NCBI GenBank assembly: GCA_965223855.1
Contig: CBDCXM010000009.1
Span: 2,368,001 to 2,432,000 of the forward strand
Length of the DNA stretch: 64,000 bases
From: Candidatus Multivoradales bacterium
GTDB taxonomy: Bacteria > Acidobacteriota > Thermoanaerobaculia > Multivoradales > JAHEKO01
Reading direction: 5' to 3'
Below are positions 27,937 through 37,373 of this stretch, one piece after another. Under the pieces are notes generated by a model. The model had not been told where the DNA came from and made no database searches. It saw only the letters and a list, made by a program, of their open reading frames with translations. Made by a program: the position numbers and the translations under genes. The number at the start of each line of letters is the position of its first letter. Position 1 is the first letter of the stretch.

Positions 27937-30900
27937 GTGAGTCGGGGCCGCTTCCGGGGCGGGGACGCCGGGAGAGCGTTGTATCGATCCCTGGGATCCG
28001 CGCTCCTCGTCGCGTCCATGTTCGGGACGGGTACGCCGAGCGCGGCCGACTTGCCCTGCGCCGGTGGCGGCCGGCCATTGGACGGTGTCGCCCCAGTAGC
28101 CGGCGCGGTCCGACTGCCGCATGTCGCCGAGGTCACCCGCGCGGCGTTCTCGGCTGACGGCCGCCTCCTGGCGACCGGAGACCGGGAGGGTGTGGTGCGG
28201 ATCTGGCGGGACGGAGTGGAGCTGTGGAGGGCCGAGCACGATCGTCCGATCGTCGCCCTCCAGTTCGGTCCCGGCGAGACGCTGCTGGCGGCCGGTCGCT
28301 TCGGCAAAGCCCGGCTCTGGAACTGGTCGGACGAGACGGTCGAAGGAGAACCGTTCCAGCCCCGCTTCCTGCTCTCGGCGGCGCTCTCGACGGAGGGACG
28401 GCTGCTGGTGGCCGGTGCGGCGGGAGGGGCGTGGGTGTGGTCGCTGCCCTCGAGGGCGGAGGAGTCGCTCGAGCACGACCTGGCCGTCTACTCGGTGGCG
28501 GTGGCGCCGGACGGCACCCGGGTCGCGACGGGGGACGCGGCGGGAGCCGTCCGTCTCTGGACCCGGGGCGAGAGCGGCTGGCAGGCGAAGGAACTCGCGG
28601 GTGAGCACGACGACCGGGTGACGCAGATCGGTTTCTCGCTCGATGGAAGCCGGCTGTTCAGCTTCGATCGCAAGGGCACCGCCGTGGTGCGGAGGCTCGC
28701 CGACGGCTCCTTCTCACGATGGACGAGCCCGGAGCCGGACGAACCCTGGCTGGCGGCTGCGTTCTCCGCAGATGGGAAGCGGCTGCTAGTCACCTCCGGG
28801 GACGGCACCGGTGAGCTGGTCGATCTGACCACCGTCGATGCGCCACCGGTGGAGCTCGCGGAGGCACTGGACGGGAGCCCGAAGAGCGTTGCGGCGCTGG
28901 CTCCGGCAGGCGAACGCGCGTTGATCGCGTTCGGTCCGATGGTCTCTGTCGAGACGTTGGCGATCGCCGCTTCGGAGTTGCCGACGGAAGAGTTCGTTCG
29001 CCAGGGCGCGAATCGCCCGCAGCTCGCCATCGAGACCGGGAGTACGACGATCCGAACCGTCGCGGTGAGCGAGGACGGTCGGCTGCTCCTGACGGGCGCC
29101 GAGGATGGAGCGCTTCGCCTGTGGCAGGCCGAGCCGCTGGCCGAGCTGCGTCGGCTGGAAGGGCACAGCGGGGCGATCCTCGACGCCGTCTTCTCGCGAC
29201 AGGGGCGCCACGCTCTCACGGGAAGCGCTGACGGATCGGCTCGACTCTGGGATCTGGCGACCGGGAACGAGGTGCGCCGCTTCGAGCCGAAGTTCGACGT
29301 GCTGTCGCCGATGAGCGCGGGGGCGGTGCTGTCGGTGGCGATTTCGGACGACGGCTGCCGGGTGCTCACCGGAGGCCGGGAGGACGTGCAGGTACGCCTC
29401 TGGGACGTGTCGAGCGGTCGTGAGCTGCGCCGGTTCCGCGGTCACGAGGACTCCATCCGCGCGGTCGGATTCGTACGCGGCGAGCCGGAGAGGGTTGTTT
29501 CGAGCAGCCGGGACGGGACGGCCCGGATCTGGTCGATGGATGGCGCGCGGGTCGGGACGACGCTCGCCGGGGAGCGAGAGGCTTCGTCGGGCGGTGGCAC
29601 GACTTCGAGCGGCGACGGCGAGACGCTACGGACCGTAACCGGCAACCCCGACAATCACCGGCGGCCGGTCGTCTTCTCCGCGCGCGGCGATTGGTTGTTG
29701 CGGGGGTGGAACACCGGCCGACTCGAGCTGGTGGAGGTGCCGTCGGGGGAGGTGCTGCGCCGGTTTGCCGGTCACGAGGATGCGGTGGCCGCGGTGGCGC
29801 TGTCGCCCGACGGCTCGATCGCGGCCAGTGTCGGCGAGGATGGGAGCGCGAAGGTCTGGTCGACCGCCAGCGGAGAGCGGCTGGGGCGCTACTCGACCGA
29901 TGGCGCCAAGGCCGCGGCGTTGCTGCCGATCGCGGGCGGTGCGGTGCTGGTGACGGCGGGTGCAGGCGGCGTCGGCACGGTGCGATCCCTCGCCGATGGA
30001 GACGAGCTGGCGAGGTTGGGAGAGACGCCGAATCGGGTGAAGGCGTTGGCGATCGCGCGCTCGGGCGATCCGATCCTCTTCGGCGGTGGGTCGCGAGTGT
30101 GGTCCTGGTCGACCACGGGCTCGCGCGGTCGCAGCTTCGATGTCGGCGACGCCGAAGTGACGGCCGTCGGGCTTTCGGCGGACGGCGGGCGAGCGGTGGC
30201 GGGAGACAGTGAGGGGCTGGTCCGGGTTTGGTCGACCGCGAGCGGGGTGGAGGTGGCCCGCTTCGAGCACGAGGAGGAGGTCATCGGCGTGGCGACCCTG
30301 CCCCCCGACCGGGTCGTGGTCGCGACCGGCGATGGCGTCGTCCGACTCTGGAGCCCCGGCTCGGCCCTGCCGGAGAGGACCTTCGATGCCTCTGCCGACA
30401 CCGTCCTTCGAGGTACTGCTACCCTGGCCTTCGACCTCTGCTCGACCGGGCAGCTCGTGACCGGCGGTGCCGGCGGCACGCTGCGGCTATGGTCGATCGA
30501 GACCGGAGCGATCGAGGCACGTTTCCGCGAAACGACGTCGGGATCCGTGCTCTCGGTGGCGTGTGCCCCCGACGGCAGGACGCTGGCCGCGAGTTCCGGT
30601 GACGGGGTGCGCCTCTGGGCGGTCGACTCCAAAGTGCCGCTGCGGCGCTTCCAGGCTCCAGGGGGCGCGGCGGAGTTCGCGAGCAGCGTGCGCTACGCAC
30701 CCGACGGCAGAACGTTGCTGATCGGCGGAGCGACGGGCGACGCCTACCTGGTGTCTCCTGAGGGGCGACTGCTCGAGCGCTTCGAAGGGAGCGGCGGCGC
30801 TCCGGCGGCCGCACGATTCACCCCGGACGGCCGCTGGGTGGTCACCGGACACCACGACGGGGTGAGTCGGCTGTGGTCGACTGCGGGTGGCGTCGAGGCC

Positions 30901-32361
30901 GCGCGCTGGGTCGTCTACCCGGGCGGGAACTGGGCGTTGGCGGCCCCCGACGGCCGGTTCGACACCGACGATCTCGAGGCGGTGCGTGGGCTCAACTGGG
31001 TGCTCCCCGAGGATCCCCTTCGAGCGCTGCCGCTGGAGATCTTCATGCGCGACTACTTCGAACCGCGCCTGTTCTCGCGACTCCTTGCCAGGGAGAGGCT
31101 GCCGCCGGTTCCCGACCTCGCCGAGCTGAACCGCCTGCAGCCTCAGTTGGCGCTGGAGGCCATGCCGCAGCAAGGCGACGGCCGGCCCGAGCTACGCGTG
31201 ACCGTCGAGGTCGTGCCGACGGTCGGCGACGACGGAGACAGCGGCGCCCGTGACCTCCATCTGTTCCGTGATGGCCAGCTCGTCGGCATGATCGAAGGTG
31301 ATCTGCTGAGCGCTTCCGGCTCCGGGACCCACACCTTCGCCGACGTCTCCATTCCTCTCGACGGGCGGCGCCAGACCGAGCTGTCGGCCTACGCGTTCAA
31401 TCGCGACGGAGTCAAGAGCGAGACCGCTCGATTCCTCCATCCGCTGCCCGAAGAGCTGCCGCGCCGCCGCGGCAGGGCATACGTGGTCGCCATAGGCGTC
31501 GATCGCTACGAGGATCCGCAGTGGCGGGAGCTGAGCTTCGCCAGTCACGATGCGAGGGCGACGGCGGCGGCGCTCACCGGCTCTCTGGAGTCCCTCGGCG
31601 ACTACTCGGAGGTGGTGTCGATCGAGCTCGTGTCGACCGCCGAGGAGGCTACGGCCACCCGCGATCTCGTTCAGGGGATGATCGACCTTCTGGCCGGCCG
31701 CCGGACCGGGCTGGAGCGGCGACTCCTGGAGGCGGTTCCGGCAGCGGCGCGGCTCGGCGAGGTCGAGCCCGAGGACCTGGTCCTGCTGTCGTTCGCCGGC
31801 CATGGCAGCACCGACGAGGCAGGCGTCTTCCATCTCCAGCTTCGGGACGGTCCCGTCTCGAGCGACGATCTCTCGGTGTGGCTGCGTGACGTCGATGCGG
31901 GGTCGCTGGCGCTGGTGATCGATGCGTGCCAGTCGGCCGCCAGCGTCGAGGAGGAGGGCTTCAAGCCCGGCCCGATGGGGAGTCGCGGCCTCGGCCAGCT
32001 CTCCTACAACAAGGGGATGCCGATTCTTGCCGCCAGCCAGGCGGACGATGTCGCTCTGGAGTTCGCGAACCTGAAGCACGGCCTGCTCACCTACGCTCTG
32101 ATCCGCGAGGGTCTCGAGGGTGCCCTTGCCGATCGCCGTCCGCGAGATCGTTCGATCTCACTCGCCGAGTGGCTCTCCTGGGGTGTCGAGCGTGTGCCGA
32201 GCCTCGCCGAGGAAGCCCGGCGCGGTGTCGTGGACGTGGCTCGGTGGCGCGGCAGCGAGCTGGTTTCCGGCAGGAGGCCGGTGGTGGCCCAGCAGCCGGC
32301 CTTGTTCGACTTCCGGCGGCGCCGCGACCCGGTGCCGCTGGCGAGAGCGGGGAACGAGTAG
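27937..32361 (+). CDS. Exported WD40-repeat + caspase-like (peptidase C14) protein
   Basis: Many WD40 repeats; 'AIGVDRY', FAGHG (His), DACQS (Cys), 'HGLLTYAL', 'QQP'. Confidence 0.92.
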   Translation: MSRGRFRGGDAGRALYRSLGSALLVASMFGTGTPSAADLPCAGGGRPLDGVAPVAGAVRLPHVAEVTRAAFSADGRLLATGDREGVVRIWRDGVELWRAEHDRPIVALQFGPGETLLAAGRFGKARLWNWSDETVEGEPFQPRFLLSAALSTEGRLLVAGAAGGAWVWSLPSRAEESLEHDLAVYSVAVAPDGTRVATGDAAGAVRLWTRGESGWQAKELAGEHDDRVTQIGFSLDGSRLFSFDRKGTAVVRRLADGSFSRWTSPEPDEPWLAAAFSADGKRLLVTSGDGTGELVDLTTVDAPPVELAEALDGSPKSVAALAPAGERALIAFGPMVSVETLAIAASELPTEEFVRQGANRPQLAIETGSTTIRTVAVSEDGRLLLTGAEDGALRLWQAEPLAELRRLEGHSGAILDAVFSRQGRHALTGSADGSARLWDLATGNEVRRFEPKFDVLSPMSAGAVLSVAISDDGCRVLTGGREDVQVRLWDVSSGRELRRFRGHEDSIRAVGFVRGEPERVVSSSRDGTARIWSMDGARVGTTLAGEREASSGGGTTSSGDGETLRTVTGNPDNHRRPVVFSARGDWLLRGWNTGRLELVEVPSGEVLRRFAGHEDAVAAVALSPDGSIAASVGEDGSAKVWSTASGERLGRYSTDGAKAAALLPIAGGAVLVTAGAGGVGTVRSLADGDELARLGETPNRVKALAIARSGDPILFGGGSRVWSWSTTGSRGRSFDVGDAEVTAVGLSADGGRAVAGDSEGLVRVWSTASGVEVARFEHEEEVIGVATLPPDRVVVATGDGVVRLWSPGSALPERTFDASADTVLRGTATLAFDLCSTGQLVTGGAGGTLRLWSIETGAIEARFRETTSGSVLSVACAPDGRTLAASSGDGVRLWAVDSKVPLRRFQAPGGAAEFASSVRYAPDGRTLLIGGATGDAYLVSPEGRLLERFEGSGGAPAAARFTPDGRWVVTGHHDGVSRLWSTAGGVEAARWVVYPGGNWALAAPDGRFDTDDLEAVRGLNWVLPEDPLRALPLEIFMRDYFEPRLFSRLLARERLPPVPDLAELNRLQPQLALEAMPQQGDGRPELRVTVEVVPTVGDDGDSGARDLHLFRDGQLVGMIEGDLLSASGSGTHTFADVSIPLDGRRQTELSAYAFNRDGVKSETARFLHPLPEELPRRRGRAYVVAIGVDRYEDPQWRELSFASHDARATAAALTGSLESLGDYSEVVSIELVSTAEEATATRDLVQGMIDLLAGRRTGLERRLLEAVPAAARLGEVEPEDLVLLSFAGHGSTDEAGVFHLQLRDGPVSSDDLSVWLRDVDAGSLALVIDACQSAASVEEEGFKPGPMGSRGLGQLSYNKGMPILAASQADDVALEFANLKHGLLTYALIREGLEGALADRRPRDRSISLAEWLSWGVERVPSLAEEARRGVVDVARWRGSELVSGRRPVVAQQPALFDFRRRRDPVPLARAGNE

Positions 32362-32459
32362 ACCTGCCGACGGTTGGCACGACCCGTCGATACCGGCGAG
32401 GGCGCGGCTCTGTAACGGTTCCGCGGCGTCGGGCGCCGATCTCGAGGAAGGAGAAGCGC

Positions 32460-32531
32460 ATGATCGAAACCACGGACCAACGTCCGCCCCTAGAGTCTGT
32501 CCGGCCGTTCCTCCTCGGGCGGTTGGGGTAG
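32460..32531 (+). CDS. Possible 23-aa micro-ORF
   Basis: Strong RBS gaggaaggaga before ATG; MIETTDQRPPLESVRPFLLGRLG. Confidence 0.3.
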   Translation: MIETTDQRPPLESVRPFLLGRLG

Positions 32532-32563
32532 CGTGCTGGTGTGATGGCTGACGGAGAAAAACG

Positions 32564-33343
32564 GTGACCGGCCCGGTACCCCTGACCCCCATCGTGCCCC
32601 CCGACTGGGTCGGCGCTTCCGGGGCGGTGACGAGTGACGACAAGGACTACGCGACCCTCAAGGGGGTCACCGCTCCAGACTCGATCATGAGCCAGGAGAC
32701 TCGCGACCTGCTGGGCAACGAGTTCGATCAGCAGATCGCCGGCTCGGGCGGGATCGAATCGATCGTGGCGCGAGAGACGATCGACGGCAACCTGACCGTG
32801 CAGATCAGTGGCCGCGTGCAGCCCGGCACCCTGGCGCGAACCAAGAAGGCCGCGGGCCCCGACAAGCCTCTGGCACCGAGTTTCAACAACAAGACCGGTT
32901 CGCTCTTCAAGGCCGACGAGCTCGGAGGCCTGTCGGCCGACGACTGGGAGCGCGCGCATCTGTGGGGCCCCGGCTTCGGCGACGAGGCGGCGGCGGGTCT
33001 TTGGTACGCCAGTGAGGAGGTCAATCAGGACCTTCAGAACAAGGTCGTCGAGGGCTTCATCCGCACGCTGGCCGAGCAGGCGGAAGAGAACGGCGGCCAT
33101 GTCGACGTGACGGTCACCGGGGAGCGCTTCGACAGTGACGAGCTGCCATCCGAGCACAGCCGCGGCGAGTTCCTAAAGGCGATCCGCTACGACGTCACCC
33201 TGGTCGACGGCGACGGCAACCAGACGCCGCTCTATGCGGAGTTCGAGCTCAACCCGCCTCCCGACGGCAGTGCCAGCCACTTCGGATGCGATCAGCAGAC
33301 CGCGGTGATCATGGACGACCTGTCCAGGCAGTTCGACGACTAG
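32564..33343 (+). CDS. Polymorphic toxin type 4 (Ntox4)-like predicted nuclease
   Basis: 'ERAHLWGPGFGDE..GLWYASEEVNQDLQNKVVEGFIR' recognised as Ntox4-like; RBS ggag + GTG. Confidence 0.65.
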   Translation: MTGPVPLTPIVPPDWVGASGAVTSDDKDYATLKGVTAPDSIMSQETRDLLGNEFDQQIAGSGGIESIVARETIDGNLTVQISGRVQPGTLARTKKAAGPDKPLAPSFNNKTGSLFKADELGGLSADDWERAHLWGPGFGDEAAAGLWYASEEVNQDLQNKVVEGFIRTLAEQAEENGGHVDVTVTGERFDSDELPSEHSRGEFLKAIRYDVTLVDGDGNQTPLYAEFELNPPPDGSASHFGCDQQTAVIMDDLSRQFDD

Positions 33344-33382
33344 CGCCGCGGGCCGCAGTCGCTCCGAGTGTCCTCGTCGGGC

Positions 33383-34030
33383 TCAGGAGCCCCGTCCGGA
33401 GGAGTCCGCCCGATCCCGGGACCGCCGGTAGTAGGCACGAGACTTGGCACGGCTCCCGCAGTCGGCCATGTCGCACCAGCGCCGGCCCCGGTTCTTGGAG
33501 GTGTCGAAGAACATCCACGAGCAGGTCGGACAGAAGCCGATCCGGCGACGTACCTCGGTGGGAGCGGTGAGCAGCTCGCCGGCGTCGAAGAGGACCGGGT
33601 GGACGAGCTCTTCGAGCGTCTTCGGAGGGCGCCACCTCCACCGCAGAGAGCGGTGGTCGATCCGCCGATAGTCGGCCGCTTCTCGAACGCGGCTCTCCAA
33701 CGCCGCCACGGCCTCGGCCGAGGGGCTTCTGCCCTTCGCGAGTGGTTCGAGCGCGGCGGCGATATCGGATCGCGCCTGGTGAACCAGGGCGAGGAGGCGC
33801 CGGCTGCGGGCTTCGCCGGCGAACTCCGCTGCGAGCCTCGCAGCCGTGGCGTCGTCGAGGAGGCCTGCGAGCTGATTCCATCGCAGCCAGTTTCCGGGCG
33901 AGTCCATCCAATCGTGTTCACGGGCCCCGCCGGGCCAGCTCACCGTGTTCACGAAATCGAGACTCGGTCGACCTCCCACCAGCTTGTAGCGGCCTCCTGA
34001 GGAGCCGGCGTCCAGATGCGGCTCGGTCAT
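33383..34030 (-). CDS. ABATE/CGNR zinc-finger protein
   Basis: 'LDFVNT', 'CPTCSWMFFDTSKNRGRRWCDMADCGSRAK'. Confidence 0.92.
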   Translation of the reverse strand: MTEPHLDAGSSGGRYKLVGGRPSLDFVNTVSWPGGAREHDWMDSPGNWLRWNQLAGLLDDATAARLAAEFAGEARSRRLLALVHQARSDIAAALEPLAKGRSPSAEAVAALESRVREAADYRRIDHRSLRWRWRPPKTLEELVHPVLFDAGELLTAPTEVRRRIGFCPTCSWMFFDTSKNRGRRWCDMADCGSRAKSRAYYRRSRDRADSSGRGS

Positions 34031-34056
34031 GGCCCGATCTTACCTCCTAAGTGATC

Positions 34057-34085
34057 TTGACTGGTGCGATACTAACCATCATAAT
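34057..34085 (+). promoter_or_regulatory. Sigma70-type promoter of the serine hydrolase gene
   Basis: TTGACT-17 bp-CATAAT, followed by RBS ggagg and ATG 34117. Confidence 0.7.
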
Positions 34086-34116
34086 GGGTTTGAACGGTAA
34101 GAATTGGAGGTCAGAC

Positions 34117-36177
34117 ATGAGCCCTATCTGGAGCAGGAAGCTTCGAACACTGGTTCCCGCAGTGGCGGTTGGAGCGCTGCTGACGACGCCTGCTGTGGCC
34201 AACAACGGCGCTGTCGCCCTCGCGCGCCCGGTCCGGAGTGTCGTGATCGACGGCGACCTGGCGGATTGGGACGGCACCCACCGCGTCTACCCGATCGAGC
34301 GGGTCGGTGGGGAAGACGCCGTCGGTCCCCCCGATGCCGCCGCTTCCTTTCGGGTCGCCTACAACGCAGAAGAGGGTGCGCTCTATGTCGGCCTGGAGGT
34401 GGAGGATGACTCCTACGTCCCGTCGAGTGCCCTCGGTGTCGAGGACTGGACGGGGAGGGATGGGCACCTGCTCTACGTCGACCGCGAGCACCGGCCGCGG
34501 GGTTCCGGGAACGTGCTCTACCTCCTGAGCGAGCGGCAGCGGGACCTCGTCGCTGCGCAGGCCGGGTGGGACCCCGCAAACGGCGGCGGAAGCTGGGAGA
34601 TAGTGGAGGCGTCTGTGGGCCGGAAGGGTACGAGGACCGTCTTCGAATGGAGGCTGTTGCTCGGGGGCGACATCGCCGCCGGACGCACCATCGGCCTCGA
34701 CCACATCGTGGTCGATCGCGACGCCGATGAGGAGGAGGCCACGTTGCTGGTCTGGGGCGAGGGCTTCGGCAAGAGCTCCAACTCCTACCGGCTTGGCGAC
34801 GTGGTCCTGCTGGGCGCGGGGCAGGAGGTAGGAGAACTCACCGGCTCGGTGGAGTGGGCCGTGGCGTCCGACCGCCCCCTGCCTTCGCACGTCCGAGTTA
34901 CCCGCATCGACGAGCCGGCCTTGTGGGTGCAGGTCGATGTCGGGTCGGACGGCCGGTACCGCGCCGAGCTGCCTGCCGGGCGCTATCGCGTCTCGCCGGC
35001 CTTCTCGCTGAGCGAGCCGTTCCGGGTCGACTTCGGCAACCTTCCCCTGCGCATCGATCAGAGCTTCGCCATCGAGGCCGAGGTCGAGGCGAACAGAGCG
35101 AATGAGGCTCCGCCTCTCGCCTTTCGCACGTTCGAGCGTCCGGACTTCCTTTTCTCCGAGCATCCCCTCCTGCCCGGTCTCGAGCCGGACGATCTGGTGG
35201 CGCTCGACACGTTCATCGATGCCTTCCGCCGGTACTACGACATCCCGGGTGTCTCGGTCGCCGTGGTCCACCACGGCGAGCGGGTCTATCACCGCACCTT
35301 CGGAGTCAGGAATTCACTGACCGGAGCCAGGATCGAGAGCGACACGCTGTTCGAGGGGGCCTCCATCACCAAGGCGATGTTCGCGATGGCCGTGTTGCGA
35401 CAGGTCGAGCGCGAGCTGCTGGATCTCGACCGACCGCTGGTCGAGTATCTGCCGTTCGAGCTGATCGCCGGCGACCCGCGCTCCGCCGGCCTGACGGCTC
35501 GTCACGTGCTGACCCATCACTCCGGCCTGCCGAACTGGGCGTGGGGCGGGCCGGGAGGCTGGCGCGACGGCACTCCGATCGACCTGCTGTTCGCTCCGGG
35601 CAGCGAGTACCACTACTCCGGCGAGGCCTTCAACTACCTCGGTCGGGTGCTCGAGGCGATCACCGGCTCGGACCTGGAGTCGCTACTGACCGCAGAGGTG
35701 TCGAGACCGATGGGACTCGAGAACAGCTTCTACGCCCTCGATGACGCTCGCGCCACGGAGGCCTCGTTGGGCCATTTTTCGCATCATCCGGTTTGGCGGC
35801 GGCGGGCCTCCGAGGTGAGCCCGGCCTCGAGTCTCCATAGCGAAGCGGGCGACTTCGCCAACTTTCTCCTCGGGCTCGTCGAGGGCCGGGGCCTCGGGCC
35901 GGAAATGTTCGAGGCCATGCTCAGGCCTGCTGCGGCTGTTCCCGACGACTGGCGCGTCTATCCGGATGCCTGGCCGCAGTCGATCGGTCTGGGGGTGTTC
36001 CTCAGAGAGACCCCCTACGGCCTCCTTGTCGAGCATGGCGGCAACAACGACGACTTCGACAGCAAGTTCGCGGTCGTGCCGGAGGCCGGCTTCGGCTACG
36101 TCGTCTTCACGAACAGCAACGTGGGCGATGAGCTGATCCGCGCTCTCGAGCTCTACCTGCTCCACGGGAAAAGCTAG
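34117..36177 (+). CDS. Exported serine hydrolase with N-terminal CBM9/DOMON-like domain
   Basis: 'IDGDLADW', 'ALYVGLEVEDD'; SITK, YSGE, HGG motifs. Confidence 0.88.
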   Translation: MSPIWSRKLRTLVPAVAVGALLTTPAVANNGAVALARPVRSVVIDGDLADWDGTHRVYPIERVGGEDAVGPPDAAASFRVAYNAEEGALYVGLEVEDDSYVPSSALGVEDWTGRDGHLLYVDREHRPRGSGNVLYLLSERQRDLVAAQAGWDPANGGGSWEIVEASVGRKGTRTVFEWRLLLGGDIAAGRTIGLDHIVVDRDADEEEATLLVWGEGFGKSSNSYRLGDVVLLGAGQEVGELTGSVEWAVASDRPLPSHVRVTRIDEPALWVQVDVGSDGRYRAELPAGRYRVSPAFSLSEPFRVDFGNLPLRIDQSFAIEAEVEANRANEAPPLAFRTFERPDFLFSEHPLLPGLEPDDLVALDTFIDAFRRYYDIPGVSVAVVHHGERVYHRTFGVRNSLTGARIESDTLFEGASITKAMFAMAVLRQVERELLDLDRPLVEYLPFELIAGDPRSAGLTARHVLTHHSGLPNWAWGGPGGWRDGTPIDLLFAPGSEYHYSGEAFNYLGRVLEAITGSDLESLLTAEVSRPMGLENSFYALDDARATEASLGHFSHHPVWRRRASEVSPASSLHSEAGDFANFLLGLVEGRGLGPEMFEAMLRPAAAVPDDWRVYPDAWPQSIGLGVFLRETPYGLLVEHGGNNDDFDSKFAVVPEAGFGYVVFTNSNVGDELIRALELYLLHGKS

Positions 36178-36536
36178 TGGAGACACTGCGCTGGCTATTG
36201 TTCGAGGAGGCGTCGATCCGCTACGTGGCACGCCTGCACGAGGGGCGAGTGGAGACGGCCTCCAGGCCGGAGCGGAGCGGCGCCAGCAGCGCCGAGTCGG
36301 ACAAGTACGAAGAGCTCATCGTCAACCCGACGCTCATGACGCTGCTGCGTCAGAGGGGCGAGATCGACTGCGGTGGCCTCGACTTCGTCGTCATCCGCTA
36401 CGGCAGCTTCTTCCAGTTGGTGATGCCGACGGAGTCCGGCCACGTCTCGGTCGCGGTGGAGAGCGACGGCGATCCCCTGACGATCGCGGAGCTGGTCAGG
36501 ACGGCGATCGGGCGCTCTAGATCCCGGCGACCTTGA
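36177..36536 (+). CDS. Conserved-looking hypothetical protein
   Basis: Coupled to upstream stop; 'ESDKYEELIVNPTL', 'IDCGGL..IRYG'. Confidence 0.7.
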   Translation: METLRWLLFEEASIRYVARLHEGRVETASRPERSGASSAESDKYEELIVNPTLMTLLRQRGEIDCGGLDFVVIRYGSFFQLVMPTESGHVSVAVESDGDPLTIAELVRTAIGRSRSRRP

Positions 36537-37293
36537 TCGCCGACACCGGTGTCTTCGTCGTCTTCCAGCTCGAGGCGAGGCTGGACCCGCCGTCCCACCA
36601 CTTCAGCAGGTTCCCGCCGGTCGTCTCGTCGGCGTCCGCGGACACGACCCACCATTGGTTCGTCACGCCGCCGAGGCCGAGGTTGAGGCCGGTTCCCTGC
36701 GGTGAGGTCAGGCGGATCTTGTTGCCCTCAGTGTTGTCGATGAAGCCCGCGGCGCCGTCTTCGTCGAGGAAGACGACGTCGTTGTAGATCTGGACGTAGA
36801 TCTCCTCAGCCTTCGCCAGGTGACCGTTGAGGACGACCTCCCAGCTCTTGCCCTCGTCGCTGCTCGCCTTGATGACGTTGCCGCCGTCGACGATCTCGTC
36901 GGTCAGGATGTAGATCGGGTAGCTGCCGAGTGCGGCGACTCGAAGGGCCGTCCCGGCGAGGCCGATCTGGCTGTGATGGCCCTGGTTGTCGGCGAGGTGG
37001 AGCGACTGATCGGGCGCCAGGTAGGCACAACCGCCGGCGCGGCGACCCACCACCTGCTCGGCGCCGAGACTCGGATCGAGGCTCACCCAGTGGGATTTGT
37101 TGCTCGGGAAGCCCGAAAGGTACTTGATGACGTTGCCGTCGGGGCCCGATTCGGTGCTCACGACCCACACCGTGCCGTCCTGCGCGCAGTTGAGATCGAG
37201 GGCAAAACCGGTGTCCGAGACCGGCTGTACATTTCCGTCGGAATCGAGCCAGAAGACCTGCTGATCCTGGTTGATGGCGAAGGCTACGTTCAT
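36517..37293 (-). CDS. Tectonin-like beta-propeller protein
   Basis: RBS aaggggga; repeats 'DGTVWVVS..GNVIK', 'GGNVIK', 'GGNLLKW'. Confidence 0.6.
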   Translation of the reverse strand: MNVAFAINQDQQVFWLDSDGNVQPVSDTGFALDLNCAQDGTVWVVSTESGPDGNVIKYLSGFPSNKSHWVSLDPSLGAEQVVGRRAGGCAYLAPDQSLHLADNQGHHSQIGLAGTALRVAALGSYPIYILTDEIVDGGNVIKASSDEGKSWEVVLNGHLAKAEEIYVQIYNDVVFLDEDGAAGFIDNTEGNKIRLTSPQGTGLNLGLGGVTNQWWVVSADADETTGGNLLKWWDGGSSLASSWKTTKTPVSAIKVAGI

Positions 37294-37373
37294 GGCGATC
37301 CCCCTTCTCTCAGTGTTCCCTTAGTCTAGCCGCGCTGATCCCGATATCGGTGGACTTCAAGTAGGGTGGCGGG

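Noticed and set aside
32375-32392. TGGCAC as a sigma54 promoter
   Set aside because: No TTGC -12 element at the required spacing
33368-34000. Plus-strand ORF after the toxin as a possible immunity gene
   Set aside because: Lies antisense to the clear CGNR gene; no immunity-family features
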